This document shows, piece after piece, positions 13,501 to 24,745 of a stretch of DNA of 64,000 bases (within the stretch, counting starts at the first letter, position 1; every line of letters starts with the position of its first letter). This DNA is from Squalus acanthias (taxonomy: Eukaryota), in assembly GCA_030390025.1 (NCBI GenBank), contig CM059432.1:59150001-59214000 (forward strand). Direction: 5' to 3'. The notes beneath the pieces are model-generated. The model did no database searches. It saw only the letters and a program-made list of their open reading frames with translations, and had not been told where the DNA came from. The position numbers and the translations under genes were made by a program.

Positions 13501-16500
13501 AGATGAGTGATGTGTGTAGAGGTGTAGGTGAGTGATGTTTGCAGAGGTGTAGGTGAGATAAGTGTGTAGAGGTGTAGGTGAGAGAAGTGTGTAGATGAGT
13601 AATGTGTGTAGAGGTGTAGGTGAGTGACGTGTGTAGAGGTGTGGGTGAGTGAAGTGTGTAGAGGTGTAGGTGAGTGAAGTGTTTAGAGGTGTTGGTGAGT
13701 GATGTATGTGGAGGTGTAGGTGAGTGAAGTGTGTAGAGGTGTAGGTGAGTGAGGTGTGTAGAGGTGTAGGTGAGTGAAGTGTGTAGAGGTGTAGGTGAGT
13801 GAAGTGTATAGAGGTGTAGGAGAGTGAAGTGTGTAGAGGTGTAGGTGAGTGAAGTGTGTAGAGGTGCAGGTGAGTGATGTGTGTAGAGGTGTAGGTGAGT
13901 GAAGTGTGTAGAGGTGTAGGGGAGTGAACTTTGTCGAGGTGTAGGTGAGTGAAGTTTGTAGAGGTGTAGGTGAGTGAAGTTTGTCGAGGTGTAGGTGAGT
14001 GAAGGTTGTAGAGGTGTAGGTGAGTGAAGTTTGTCGAGGTGTAGGTGAGTGAATTTTGTAGAGGAGTAGGTGAGTGCAGTTTGTAGAGGTGTAGGTGAGT
14101 GATGTGTGTAGAGGTGTAGGTGAGTGATGTATGTAGAGGTGTAGGTGAGTGAAGTGTGGAGCTGTAGGTGAGTGATGTATGTAGAGGTGTAGGTGAGTGA
14201 TGTGTGGAGGTGTAGGTGAGTGATGTGTGTAGGTGAGTGATGTGTGTAGAGGTGTAGGTGACTGAAGTGTGTAGAGGTGTAGGTTAGTGATATATGTCAA
14301 GGTGTAGGTGAGTGAAGTGTGTAGAGGTGTAGGTGAGTGAAGCGTGTAGAGGTGTAGGTGAGTGAGGTGTTAGAGGTGTAGGTGAGTGATGTGTGTAGAG
14401 GAGGAGGTGAGTGAAGTGTGTAGAGGTGTAGGTGAGTGAAGCGTGTAGAGGTGTAGGTGAGTGATGTATGTCGAGGTGTAGGTGAGTGAAGTGTGTCGAG
14501 GTGTAGGTGAGTGATGTGTGTAGAGGTGTAGGTGAGTGATGTGTGTGCAGGTGTAGGTGAGTGATGTGTGTAGAGGTGTAGGTGAGATAAGTGTGTAGAG
14601 GTGTAGGTGAGAGAAGTGTGTAGATGAGTGATGTGTGTAGAGGTGTAGGTGAGTGATGTTTGCAGAGGTGTAGGTGAGATAAGTGTGTAGAGGTGTAGGT
14701 GAGAGAAGTGTGTAGATGAGTGATGTGTGTAGAGGTGTAGGTGAGTGACGTGTGTAGAGGTGTGGGTGAGTGAAGTGTGTAGAGGTGTAGGTGAGTGAAG
14801 TGTTTAGAGGTGTTGGTGAGTGATGTATGTGGAGGTGTAGGTGAGTGAAGTGTGTAGAGGTGTAGGTGAGTGAAGTTTGTCGAGGTGTAGGTGAGTGAAG
14901 TTTGTAGAGGTGTAGGTGAGTGAAGTGTGTAGAGGTGTAGGTGAGTGAAGTGTGTACAGGTGTAGGCGAGTGAGGTGTGTAGAGGTGTAGGTGAGTGAAG
15001 TGTGTAGAGGTGTAGGTGAGTGAAGTGTGTAGAGGTGTAGGTGAGTGAAGTGTGTAGAGGTGTAGGTGAGTGAAGTGTATAGAGGTGTAGGAGAGTGAAG
15101 TGTGTAGAGGTGTAGGTGAGTGAAGTGTGTAGAGGTGCAGGTGAGTGATGTGTGTAGAGTTGTAGGTGAGTGAAGTGTGTAGAGGTGTAGGTGAGTGAAC
15201 TTTGTCGAGGTGTAGGTGAGTGAAGTTTGTAGAGGTGTAGGTGAGTGAAGTTTGTCGAGGTGTAGGTGAGTGAAGTTTGTAGAGGTGTAGGTGAGTGAAG
15301 TTTGTCGAGGTGTAGGTGAGTGAAGTTTGTAGAGGTGTAGGTGAGTGAAGTTTGTCGAGGTGTAGGTGAGTGAATTTTGTAGAGGAGTAGGTGAGTGCAG
15401 TTTGTAGAGGTGTAGGTGAGTGATGTATGTAGAGGTGTAGGTGAGTGAAGTGTGGAGGTGTAGGTGAGTGATGTATGTAGAGGTGTAGGTGAGTGAGGTG
15501 TTAGAGGTGTAGGTGAGTGATGTGTGTAGAGGAGGAGGTGAGTGAAGTGTGTAGAGGTGTAGGTGAGTGAAGTGTGTCGAGGTGTAGGTGAGTGAAGTGT
15601 GTCGAGGTGTAGGTGAGTGAAGTGTGTCGAGGTGTAGGTGAGTGATATGTGTAGAGCTGTAGGTGAGTGAAGTGTGTAGAGGTGTAGGTGAGTGATGTAT
15701 GTCGAGGTGTAGGTGAGTGAAGTGTGTCGAGGTGTAGGTGAGTGATGTGTGTAGAGGTGTAGGTGAGTGATGTGTGTGCAGGTGTAGGTGAGTGATGTGT
15801 TTAGAGGTGTAGGTGATATAAGTGTGTAGAGGTGTAGGTGAGAGAAGTGTGTAGATGAGTGATGTGTGTAGAGGTGTAGGTGAGTGATGTTTGCAGAGGT
15901 GTAGGTGAGATAAGTGTGTAGAGGTGTAGGTGAGAGAAGTGTGTAGATGAGTGATGTGTGTAGAGGTGTAGGTGAGTGACGTGTGTAGAGGTGTGGGTGA
16001 GTGAAGTGTGTAGAGGTGTAGGTGAGTGAAGTGTTTAGAGGTGTTGGTGAGTGATGTATGTGGAGGTGTAGGTGAGTGAAGTGTGTAGAGGTGTAGGTGA
16101 GTGAGGTGTGTAGAGGTGTAGGTGAGTGAACTGTGTAGAGGTGTAGGTGAGAGAAGTGTGTCGAGCTGTAGGTGAGTGAAGTGTGTTGAGGTGCAGGTGA
16201 GTGATGTGTGTAGAGGTGTAGGTGAGTGATGTGTGGAGGTGTAGGTGAGTGAAGTGTGTAGAGGTGCAGGTGAGTGATGTGTGTAGAGGTGTAGGTGAGT
16301 GATGTGTGGAGGTGTAGGTGAGTGAAGTGTGTAGAGATGTAGGTGAGTGAAGTGTGTAGAGGTGTAGGTGAGTGATGTATATAGAGGTGTAGGTGAGTGA
16401 AGTGTGTAGAGGTGTAGGTGAGTGAAGTGTGTAGAGGTGCAGGTGAGTGATGTGTGTAGAGGTGTAGGTGAGTGATGTGTGGAGGTGTAGGTGAGTGAAG

Positions 16501-19500
16501 TGTGTAGAGGTGTCAGTGAGTGAAGTGTGTAGAGGTGCAGGTGAGTGATGTGTGTAGAGGTGTAGGTGAGTGATGTGTGGAGGTGTAGGTGAGCGATGTA
16601 TGTCGAGGTTTAGGTGAGTGAAGTGTGTAGAGGTGCAGGTGAGTGAAGCGTGTAGAGGTGTAGGTGAGTGATGTGTGTAGAGGTGTAGGTGAGTGAAGTG
16701 TGTAGAGGTGTAGGTGAGTGATGTGTGTAGAGGTGTAGGTGAGTGATGTGTAGAGGTGTAGGTGAGTGATGTGTGTAGAGGTGTAGGTGAGTGAAGTGTG
16801 TAGAGGTGTAGGTGAGTGATGTGTTTAGAGGTGTAGGTGAGATAAGTGTGTAGAGGTGTAGGTGAGAGAAGTGTGTAGAGGTGTAGGTGAGAGAAGTGTG
16901 TAGATGAGTGATGTGTGTAGAGGTGTAGGTGAGTGACGTGTGTAGACGCGTAGGTGAGTGACGTGTGTAGAGGTGTGGGTGAGTGAAGTGTGTAGAGGTG
17001 TAGGTGAGTGAAGTGTGTAGAGGTGTAAGTGAGTGACGTGTGTAGAGGTGTAGGTGAGTGAAGTGTGTAGAGGTGTAAGTGAGTGAAGTGTGCAGAGGTG
17101 TAGGTGAGTGAAGTGTGTTGAGGTGTAGGTGAGTGAAGTGTGCAGAGGTGTAGGTGAGTGATGTGTTTAGAGGTGTAGGTGAGTGAAGTGTGTAGAGGTG
17201 TAGGTGAGTGATGTGTTTAGAGGTGTAGGTGAGTGAAGTGTGTAGAGGTGTAGGTGAGTGATGTGTGTAGAGGTGTAGGTGAGTGAAGTTTGTAGAGGTG
17301 TAGGTGAGTGATGTGTGGAGGTGTAGGTGAGTGAAGTGTGTAGATGTGTAGGTGAGTGAAGTGTGTAGAGGTGCAGGTGAGTGATGTGTGTAGAGGTGCA
17401 GGTGAGTGAAGTGTGTCGAGGTGTAGGTGAGTGAAGTGTGTAGAGGTGTAGGTGAGTGATGTATTTCGAGGTGTAGGTGAGTGAAGTGTGTAGAGGTGTA
17501 GGTGAGTGAAGCGTGTAGAGGTGTAGGTGAGTGAGGTGTTAGAGGTGTAGGTGAGTGATGTGTGTAGAGGAGGAGGTGAGTGAAGTGTGTAGAGGTGTAG
17601 GTGAGTGAAGTGTGTAGGTGAGTGAAGTGTGTAGAGGTGTAGGTGAGTGATGTGTGTAGAGGTGTAGGTGAGTGACGTGTGTAGAGGTGTGGGTGAGTGA
17701 AGTGTGTAGAGGTGTAGGTGAGTGAAGTGTTTAGAGGTGTTGGTGAGTGATGTGTGTAGAGGTGTAGGTGAGTGAAGTGTGTAGAGGTGCAGGTGAGTGA
17801 TGTGTGTAGAGGTGTAGGTGAGTGAAGTGTGTAGAGGTGTAGGTGAGTGAAGTGTGTAGAGGTGCAGGTGAGTGAAGTGTGTAGAGTGCAGGTGAGTGAA
17901 GTGTGTAGAGGTGTAGGTGAGTGAAGTGTGTAGAGGTGTAGGTGAGTGAAGTGTGTAGAGGTGTAGGTGAGATAAGTGTGTAGAGGTGTCGGTGAGTGAT
18001 GTGTGTAGAGGTGTAGGTGAGATAAGTGTGTAGAGGTGTCGGTGAGTGATGTGTGTAGAGGTGTAGGTGAGTGAAGTGTGTAGAGGTGTAGGTGAGTGAG
18101 GTGTTAGAGGTGTAGGTGAGTGAAGTGTGTAGAGGTGTAGGTGAGTGAAGTGTGTAGAGGTGTAGGTGAGTGAAGTTTGTCGAGGTGTAGGTGAGTGAAT
18201 TTTGTAGAGGAGTAGGTGAGTGCAGTTTGTAGAGGTGTAGGTGAGTGATGTGTGTAGAGGTGTAGGTGAGTGATGTGTGGAGGTGTAGGTGAGTGATGTG
18301 TGTAGAGGTGTAGGTGAGATAAGTGTGTAGAGGTGTAGGTGAGAGAAGTGTGTAGATGAGTGAAGTGTGTAGAGGTGTAGGGGAGTGATGTTTGCAGAGG
18401 TGTAGGTGAGTGAAGTGTGTAGAGGTGTAGGTGAGTGAAGTGTGTCGAGGTGTAGGTGAGTGAAGTTTGTCGAGGTGTAGGTGAGTGATGTGTGTAGAGG
18501 AGGAGGTGAGTGAAGTGTGTAGAGGTGTAGGTGAGTGAAGTGTGTAGGTGAGTGAAGTGTGTAGAGGTGTAGGTGAGTGATGTGTGTAGAGGTGTAGGTG
18601 AGTGACGTGTGTAGAGGTGTAGGTGAGTGAAGTGTTTAGAGGTGTTGGTGAGTGATGTGTGTAGAGGTGTAGGTGAGTGAAGTGTGTAGAGGTGCAGGTG
18701 AGTGATGTGTGTAGAGGTGTAGGTGAGTGAAGTGTGTAGAGGTGTAGGTGAGTGAAGTGTGTAGAGGTGCAGGTGAGTGAAGTGTGTAGAGTGCAGGTGA
18801 GTGAAGTGTGTAGAGGTGTAGGTGAGTGAAGTGTGTAGAGGTGTAGGTGAGTGAAGTGTGTAGAGGTGTAGGTGAGATAAGTGTGTAGAGGTGTCGGTGA
18901 GTGATGTGTGTAGAGGTGTAGGTGAGATAAGTGTGTAGAGGTGTCGGTGAGTGATGTGTGTAGAGGTGTAGGTGAGTGAAGTGTGTAGAGGTGTAGGTGA
19001 GTGAGGTGTTAGAGGTGTAGGTGAGTGAAGTGTGTAGAGGTGTAGGTGAGTGAAGTGTGTAGAGGTGTAGGTGAGTGAAGTTTGTCGAGGTGTAGGTGAG
19101 TGAATTTTGTAGAGGAGTAGGTGAGTGCAGTTTGTAGAGGTGTAGGTGAGTGATGTGTGTAGAGGTGTAGGTGAGTGATGTGTGGAGGTGTAGGTGAGTG
19201 ATGTGTGTAGAGGTGTAGGTGAGATAAGTGTGTAGAGGTGTAGGTGAGAGAAGTGTGTAGATGAGTGAAGTGTGTAGAGGTGTAGGGGAGTGATGTTTGC
19301 AGAGGTGTAGGTGAGTGAAGTGTGTAGAGGTGTAGGTGAGTGAAGTGTGTCGAGGTGTAGGTGAGTGAAGTTTGTCGAGGTGTAGGTGAGTGATGTGTGT
19401 AGAGGTGTAGGTGAGTGAAGTGTGTAGAGGTGTAGGTGAGTGATGTATGTCGAGGTGTAGGTGAGTGATGTGTGTAGAGGAGGAGGTGAGTGAAGTGTGT

Positions 19501-19772
19501 GGAGGTGTAGGTGAGTCAAGTGTGTAGAAGTGTAGGTGAGTGAAGTGTGTTGAGGTGTAGGTGAGTGAAGTGTGTAGAGGTGTAGGTGAGTGAAGTGTGT
19601 AGAGGTGTAGGTGAGTGATGTGTGTAGAGGTGTAGGTGAGTGAAGTGTGTAGAGGTGTAGGTGAGTGATGTGTGTAGAGGTGTAGGTGAGTGAAGTGTGT
19701 AGAGGTGTAAGTGAGTGAAGTGTGTAGTGGTGTAGGTGAGTGAAGTCTGCAGAGGTTTAGGTGAGTGATGTA
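7540..19772. repeat. About 12.2-kb minisatellite with 25-bp unit AGGTGTAGGTGAGTGA(A/T)GTGTGTAG, roughly 490 units, in KCNQ3 intron 2
   Basis: Directly visible tandem array with 23-bp and 18-bp deletion variants and higher-order block duplications. The + strand is almost C-free. Confidence 0.98.
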
Positions 19773-20169
19773 GAAGTCTAATGTCCTACTAATCAACAAA
19801 TGTGGAGCAAATGGTCGCTAAGCGCTTGAACCTGTGGAGATTGCCTTTTCTAGTTACCATGGTAAATATGACAAGATTTCTGGCACTTTTCATCTCAATG
19901 GGTCATAATTATTCCTTTTTAATTTTGTATTGTTCAGCCTTCAAGGTAGAAAACATTCTTGCCCAATAAACTACAATACAGTTTACTGTAAGACCTGGGT
20001 TCAAACCCAGCCCAGACTGAGGGAACGAAAATCTCATCTGTCTGCTGGTTGTAAGGATGCGATGTAATATGGGCTTGAGCATGGGCCTACAGCATGAAAT
20101 TGCCCCCAATTCTAAACTACTGTAATTGGCAGCCTTATTTACAGAGGCAACAGGATGGCCGGTGATTTT

Positions 20170-20301
20170 TTTAAATATTCATTCCTGGGATGTGGGCGTT
20201 GCTGGCAAGTCCAGCATTTATTGCCCATCCCTAGGTGGTGGTGAGCCTCCTTCTTGACCGCTGCAGTCCATGTGGTGAAGGTACTCCCACAGTGCTGTTA
20301 G
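20170..20301 (-). mobile_element. 3' end of family-B LINE, continuing at 23497-23975 after a nested CR1
   Basis: ...cagtgctgttag joins ggagggagttc... at 23497, the same junction seen uninterrupted in the copies near 1520 and 50310. Confidence 0.75.
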
Positions 20302-23300
20302 AATCATAGAAAGTTACAGCACGGAAGGAGGCCATTTCAGCCCATCGTGTCCGCGCTGGCCAACAAAGAACTATCCAGCCTAATCCCATTTCCCAGCTCT
20401 AGGTCCATAGCCCTGCCGTTTACAGCATCCCAAGTGCATATCCAAGTACTTTTTAAATGTGGTTAGGGTTCCTGCCTCTACCACCCTTTCAGGCAGTGAG
20501 TTCCAGACCCCCACAACCCTAAACCTTCCACCAATTACTTTAAATCTGTGCCCCCTGGTTTTTGACCCCTCTGCTAAGGGAAATAGGTCCTTTCTGTCCA
20601 CTTTATCTATGCCCCTCATAATTTTATACACCTCAATAAGGTCTCCCCTCAGCCTCCTCTGTTCCAAGGAAAACAGACCCAGCCTATCCAGTCTTTCCTC
20701 ATAGCTAAGATTCTCTACTCCCGGCAACATCCTTGTAAATCTCATCTGTACCCTCTCTAGTGCAATCACATCTTTCCTGTAATATGATGACCAGAACTGC
20801 ACGCAGTACTCTAGCTGTGGCCTAACTGTTTTATACAGTTGAAGCATAACCCCCCCCTGCTCTTGTATTCTATGCCACGGCTGATAAAGGCAAGCATTCC
20901 GTATGCCTTCTTAACCACCTTATCTACCTGGCCTGCTACCTTCAGGGATCTGTGGACATGCACTCCAAGGTCCCTTTGTTCCTCTACACTATTCAGTGTC
21001 CTACCATTTAACGTGTATTCCCTTTCCTTGTTAGCCCTCCCCAAATGCATTACCTCACACTTCTCCGGATTGAATTCCATTTGCCAGTGTTCTGCCCACC
21101 TGACCAATTTATTGATATCTTCCTGCAGTCTACAGCTTCCTTCTTCAGCATCAACCACACAGCCGATTTTAGTATCATCTGCAAACTTCTTAATCATACC
21201 CACTATATTCAAGTCTCGATCATTGATATATACCACAAAAAGCAAAGGACCTAGTACTGAGCCCTGCGGAACCCCACTGGAAACAGCCTTCCAGTCACAA
21301 AAACACCCATCAACCATTACCCTCTACTTCCTGTCTCCGAGCCAGTTTTGAATCCAACTTGACACTTTGCCCTGGATCCCATGGGCTTTTAACTTCGTGA
21401 CCAGTCTGCCATGTGGAACCTTATCAAAAGCCTTGCTAAAGTCCATATACACTACATCAAATGTACTACCCTCATCTATCCTCCTTGTTACCTCCTCAAA
21501 AAATTCAATCAAGTTTGTCAGACACGACCTTCCCTTAACAAATCCGTGCTGACTATCCTTGATTCATCCATGTCTTTCTAAATGAAGATTTATCCTGTCC
21601 TTCAGAATTCTTTCCAATAATTTTCCCACCACCGAGGTTAGACTGACTGGCCTGTAATTACTCGGTCTATCCTTTTCTCCCTTTTTAAACAAGGGTACCA
21701 CATTAGCAGTCCTCGAGTCCTCCGGCACCACACCTGAAGCCAGAGAGGATTGGTAAATGATGGACAGGGCCTCTGCTATTTCCTCTTTTGCTTCACTTAA
21801 CAGCCTGGGATACATTTCATCCGGGCCTGGGGATTTATCCGCTTTTAAAGCTGCTAAACCCCTTACTACTTCCTCTCTCACTATGTTTATTTCATCTAAT
21901 ATTTCACACTCCTCTCCCCAGATAGCAATGTCTGCTTCGCCCCTCTCCTTTGTGAAAACAGACGCAAAGTATTCATTAAGAACCCTACCGACGTCTCCCA
22001 CCTCCACACACAGATTACCCTCATGATCTCTAATAGGCCCTACCCTTTCTTTAGTTATCCTCTTACTCTTAATATATTTATTAAACATCTTTGGGTTTTC
22101 CTTGATTTTACTTGGCAAGAATTTTTCATGCTCTCTCTTTGCTTTCCTAATATCCTTTTTAATTGCACCCCTGCACTTTCTATACTCCTCTAAAGATTCT
22201 GGAGTATTTAGCCCTCGGTATCTGTCATACGCCTCCCTTTTTTTCTTTATCCTACCCTGTATGACCCTAGACATCTAGGGGGCTCTAGATTTGTTAGTCC
22301 CACCTTTTTTCTTTAAGGGCACATGTTTGGTCTGAACCCTCCGGATCTCCTCCTTGAATTCCTCCCACTGCTCTGACACTGATTTACCTTCAGGTAGCTG
22401 TTTCCAGTCCACTATGGCCAAATTCCCTCTGAGCTTAGCAAAATTTGCTTTTCCCCAATTTAGAATTTTTATTCCGGGTCTATCCTTGTCCTTTTCCATA
22501 ACTACCTTAAATCTAACAGAATTATGGTCACTAGCACCAAAATGCTCCCCCACTGATACGCCTTCTATCTGCCCAGCTTCATTCCCTAAAACTAAGTACA
22601 GAACCGCCCCCTCCCTTGTTGGGCTTGCTACATACTGGCTAAAAAAGTTCTCCTGGATGCATTTTAGGAATTCCGCACCCTCTATACCCTTCACACTAAT
22701 TTTATCCCAGTTAATATTGGGGTAGTTGAAATCCCCTACTATTACTGCCCTATAGTTTTTGCACTTCTCAGAAATTTGTCTACATATTTGTTCTTCTATC
22801 TCCCTCTCAGTATTTGGGGGTCTGTAGTACACTCCCAGCAGTGTGATCGCCCCTTTTTTGTTTTTCAGTTTGACCCATATGGCCTCGTTTGATGATCCCT
22901 CCAACATATCATCCCTCCTCACAGCTGTAATAGTTTCTTCAATCAATACCGCGACCCCCCCTCCCTTTTTACCTCCCTCTCTATCCCGTCTGAAAATCCT
23001 GTAACCAGGAATGTTGATCTGCCATACCTGCCCCTCTTTCAGCCACGTCGCTGTAATAGCTATAATATCATTGTCCCAAGTATCTACCTGTGCCCTCAGC
23101 TCATCTGCCTTGTTCGCTATACTCCTTGCATTGAAGTATATACCATTTAGTACAGGCAAACCTCCTTGTTGACTACTATCTAGCCCTTGATTCCTCTGTC
23201 CTTCCAATTTACTTTCTACTTTTTTGTTTTCCAATTCCAGTTTTTTTTCCCTCCCTATTGACTCTATACTTAGGTTCCCATCCCCCTGCCAAGCTAGTTT

Positions 23301-23489
23301 AAACCCTCCCCAACAGCACTAGCAAACCCTCCTGCGAGGATATTGGTCCTGTTCCCATTGAGGTGCAACCCGTCTGGCCTGTAGAGATCCCCCCTCCCCC
23401 AGAAACTGTTCCAATTCCTCAGGAATCTAAAGCCCTCCCTCCTATACCATCTCTCCAGCCACGCATTCATCTGCTCTATCTTCCTATTT
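20302..23489 (-). mobile_element. 5'-truncated CR1 LINE (ORF1 end plus near-complete ORF2 with stops and frameshifts)
   Basis: ORF track segments: PDGLHLNG (ORF1 esterase), YFNARSIANK..VYYRPP..GDFN (endonuclease), YRPVSLTS, FSKAFDKVPH, GVPQGSVLGP, FADDTK (RT). Tail ctatgattct. Flanked by a CTGTTAG duplication. Confidence 0.92.
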
Positions 23490-23496
23490 CTGTTAG

Positions 23497-23975
23497 GGAG
23501 GGAGTTCGAGTATTTTGACCCAGCGACAATGAAGGAACAGCGATATATTTCCAAGTCAGGATGGTGTGTAACTTGGAGGAGAACTTACAGGTGGTGGTGT
23601 TCCCATGCGCCTGCTGCCCTTGTCCTTCTAGGTGGTAGAGGTCGCAGGTTTGGGAGGTGCTGCCGAAGAAGCCTTGAGGAGTTGCTGCAGTGCATCTTGT
23701 AAGTGGAACACACTGCAGCCACAGTGCGCCGGTGGTGGAGGGGGTGAATGTTTAAGGTGGTGGATGGGGTGCCAATCAAGCGGGCTGCTTTGTCCTGGAT
23801 GGTGTCGCGCTTCTTGGGTGTTGGTGGAGCTGCACTCATCCAAGCAAGTGGAGAGTACTCCATCACACTTCTGAATTGTGGTGGAAAGGCTTTAGGGAGT
23901 GAGGAGGTGAGACACTCGCTGCAGAATACCCAACCTCTGACCTGCTCTTGTTGCCACAGTACTTATGTGGCTTTG
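23497..23975 (-). mobile_element. Family-B CR1-group LINE fragment
   Basis: ORF MMEYSPLAWMSAAPPTPKKRDTIQDKAARLIG, same family as 46586-47690. Confidence 0.8.
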
Positions 23976-24522
23976 CTGATGTTAGGGTTGAGGCATGATG
24001 TTGCGGCGCAACAGAAGGAGCTTTGCTCTGCTTCTGGCTTTGCTATAACCTGCCCTTTAAGTGCCTGGTGATAACAATGGGGAAAATGTTCTATTCTTCA
24101 GCACTAACATCCGTTTCCTTGATGAGAACTGTGGGTTATTATTTTGCAATGTGATGCTAGACTTCTGTAGCTAAACATCGGATCAGGAGTAGACCATTCA
24201 GCCCCTCGGGCCTGCTCCACCATTCAATTAGATTATGGCTGATCAAACTAACTCAAAACATCTGAGAAATGCTGGACCATGCCAACTGGGTCGCCTTGAA
24301 AACAGATCTGTTAACAGTTCTGTCAAATATAATCAGAATCAATTAATTGGAATGTGAAATCATAAGGTGGCCCCATGAAGTCTACACAGAATATTGAAGT
24401 CACATGTGCTGAGGCTATGGTTGCATAACTCATTAATTAATCAGTACGGACTCAAATCTAATAATTAGAAGATTAACTTTACAGTGAAAAACAACAGTTG
24501 TGCAAATTAGATTGTACTTAAC

Positions 24523-24613
24523 CAGTATTAGGAGCCATTCTTGTGAGAGTGTCTCGAATTCGGTAAATGTTGACAAAATGGCCAGGATTAAGCACCCAAG
24601 GACTAACAAAAAT
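24523..24613 (-). CDS. KCNQ3: KCNQ3 coding exon 2: S1 and S1-S2 loop
   Basis: Minus strand cttcacag|ATTTTTGTTA...CTAATACTG|gttaag, 91 bp. Translates [30 protein letters not shown], compared with mammalian KCNQ3 [30 protein letters not shown]. Ends in phase 0, joining exon 3. Confidence 0.95.
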
Positions 24614-24678
24614 CTGTGAAGTGAAAAACAAAGATGAATCATTACAAGCATCAAATTGATATAACAGCAATACGATAG

Positions 24679-24745
24679 CAAAATACTGCAGATGCTGGAA
24701 ATCCGAAATAACAACAGAAAACGCTGGAAAAACTCAACAGCAACA
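24679..24745 (+). mobile_element. Short Penelope-like repeat fragment; a longer copy lies at 30248-30375
   Basis: aaaatactgcagatgctggaaatc(c/t)gaaata..acagaaaa(c/t)gctgga..actca occurs twice in the window. The family assignment is from recall only. Confidence 0.45.

Noticed and set aside
7540..19772. CRISPR-like or telomeric array
   Set aside because: There are no unique spacers, the context is eukaryotic, and the unit is not TTAGGG.
8712..19799. Long His/Thr/Leu/Pro-rich ORFs (180-471 aa) on the minus strand
   Set aside because: These are by-products of a stop-poor 25-bp repeat read through its frames. They are intronic, mostly have non-ATG starts and show no domain.
20380..23554. Active LINE or domesticated RT gene
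   Set aside because: The element is 5'-truncated and ORF2 is broken by stops and frameshifts. The same applies to all other LINE ORFs and their antisense shadow ORFs.
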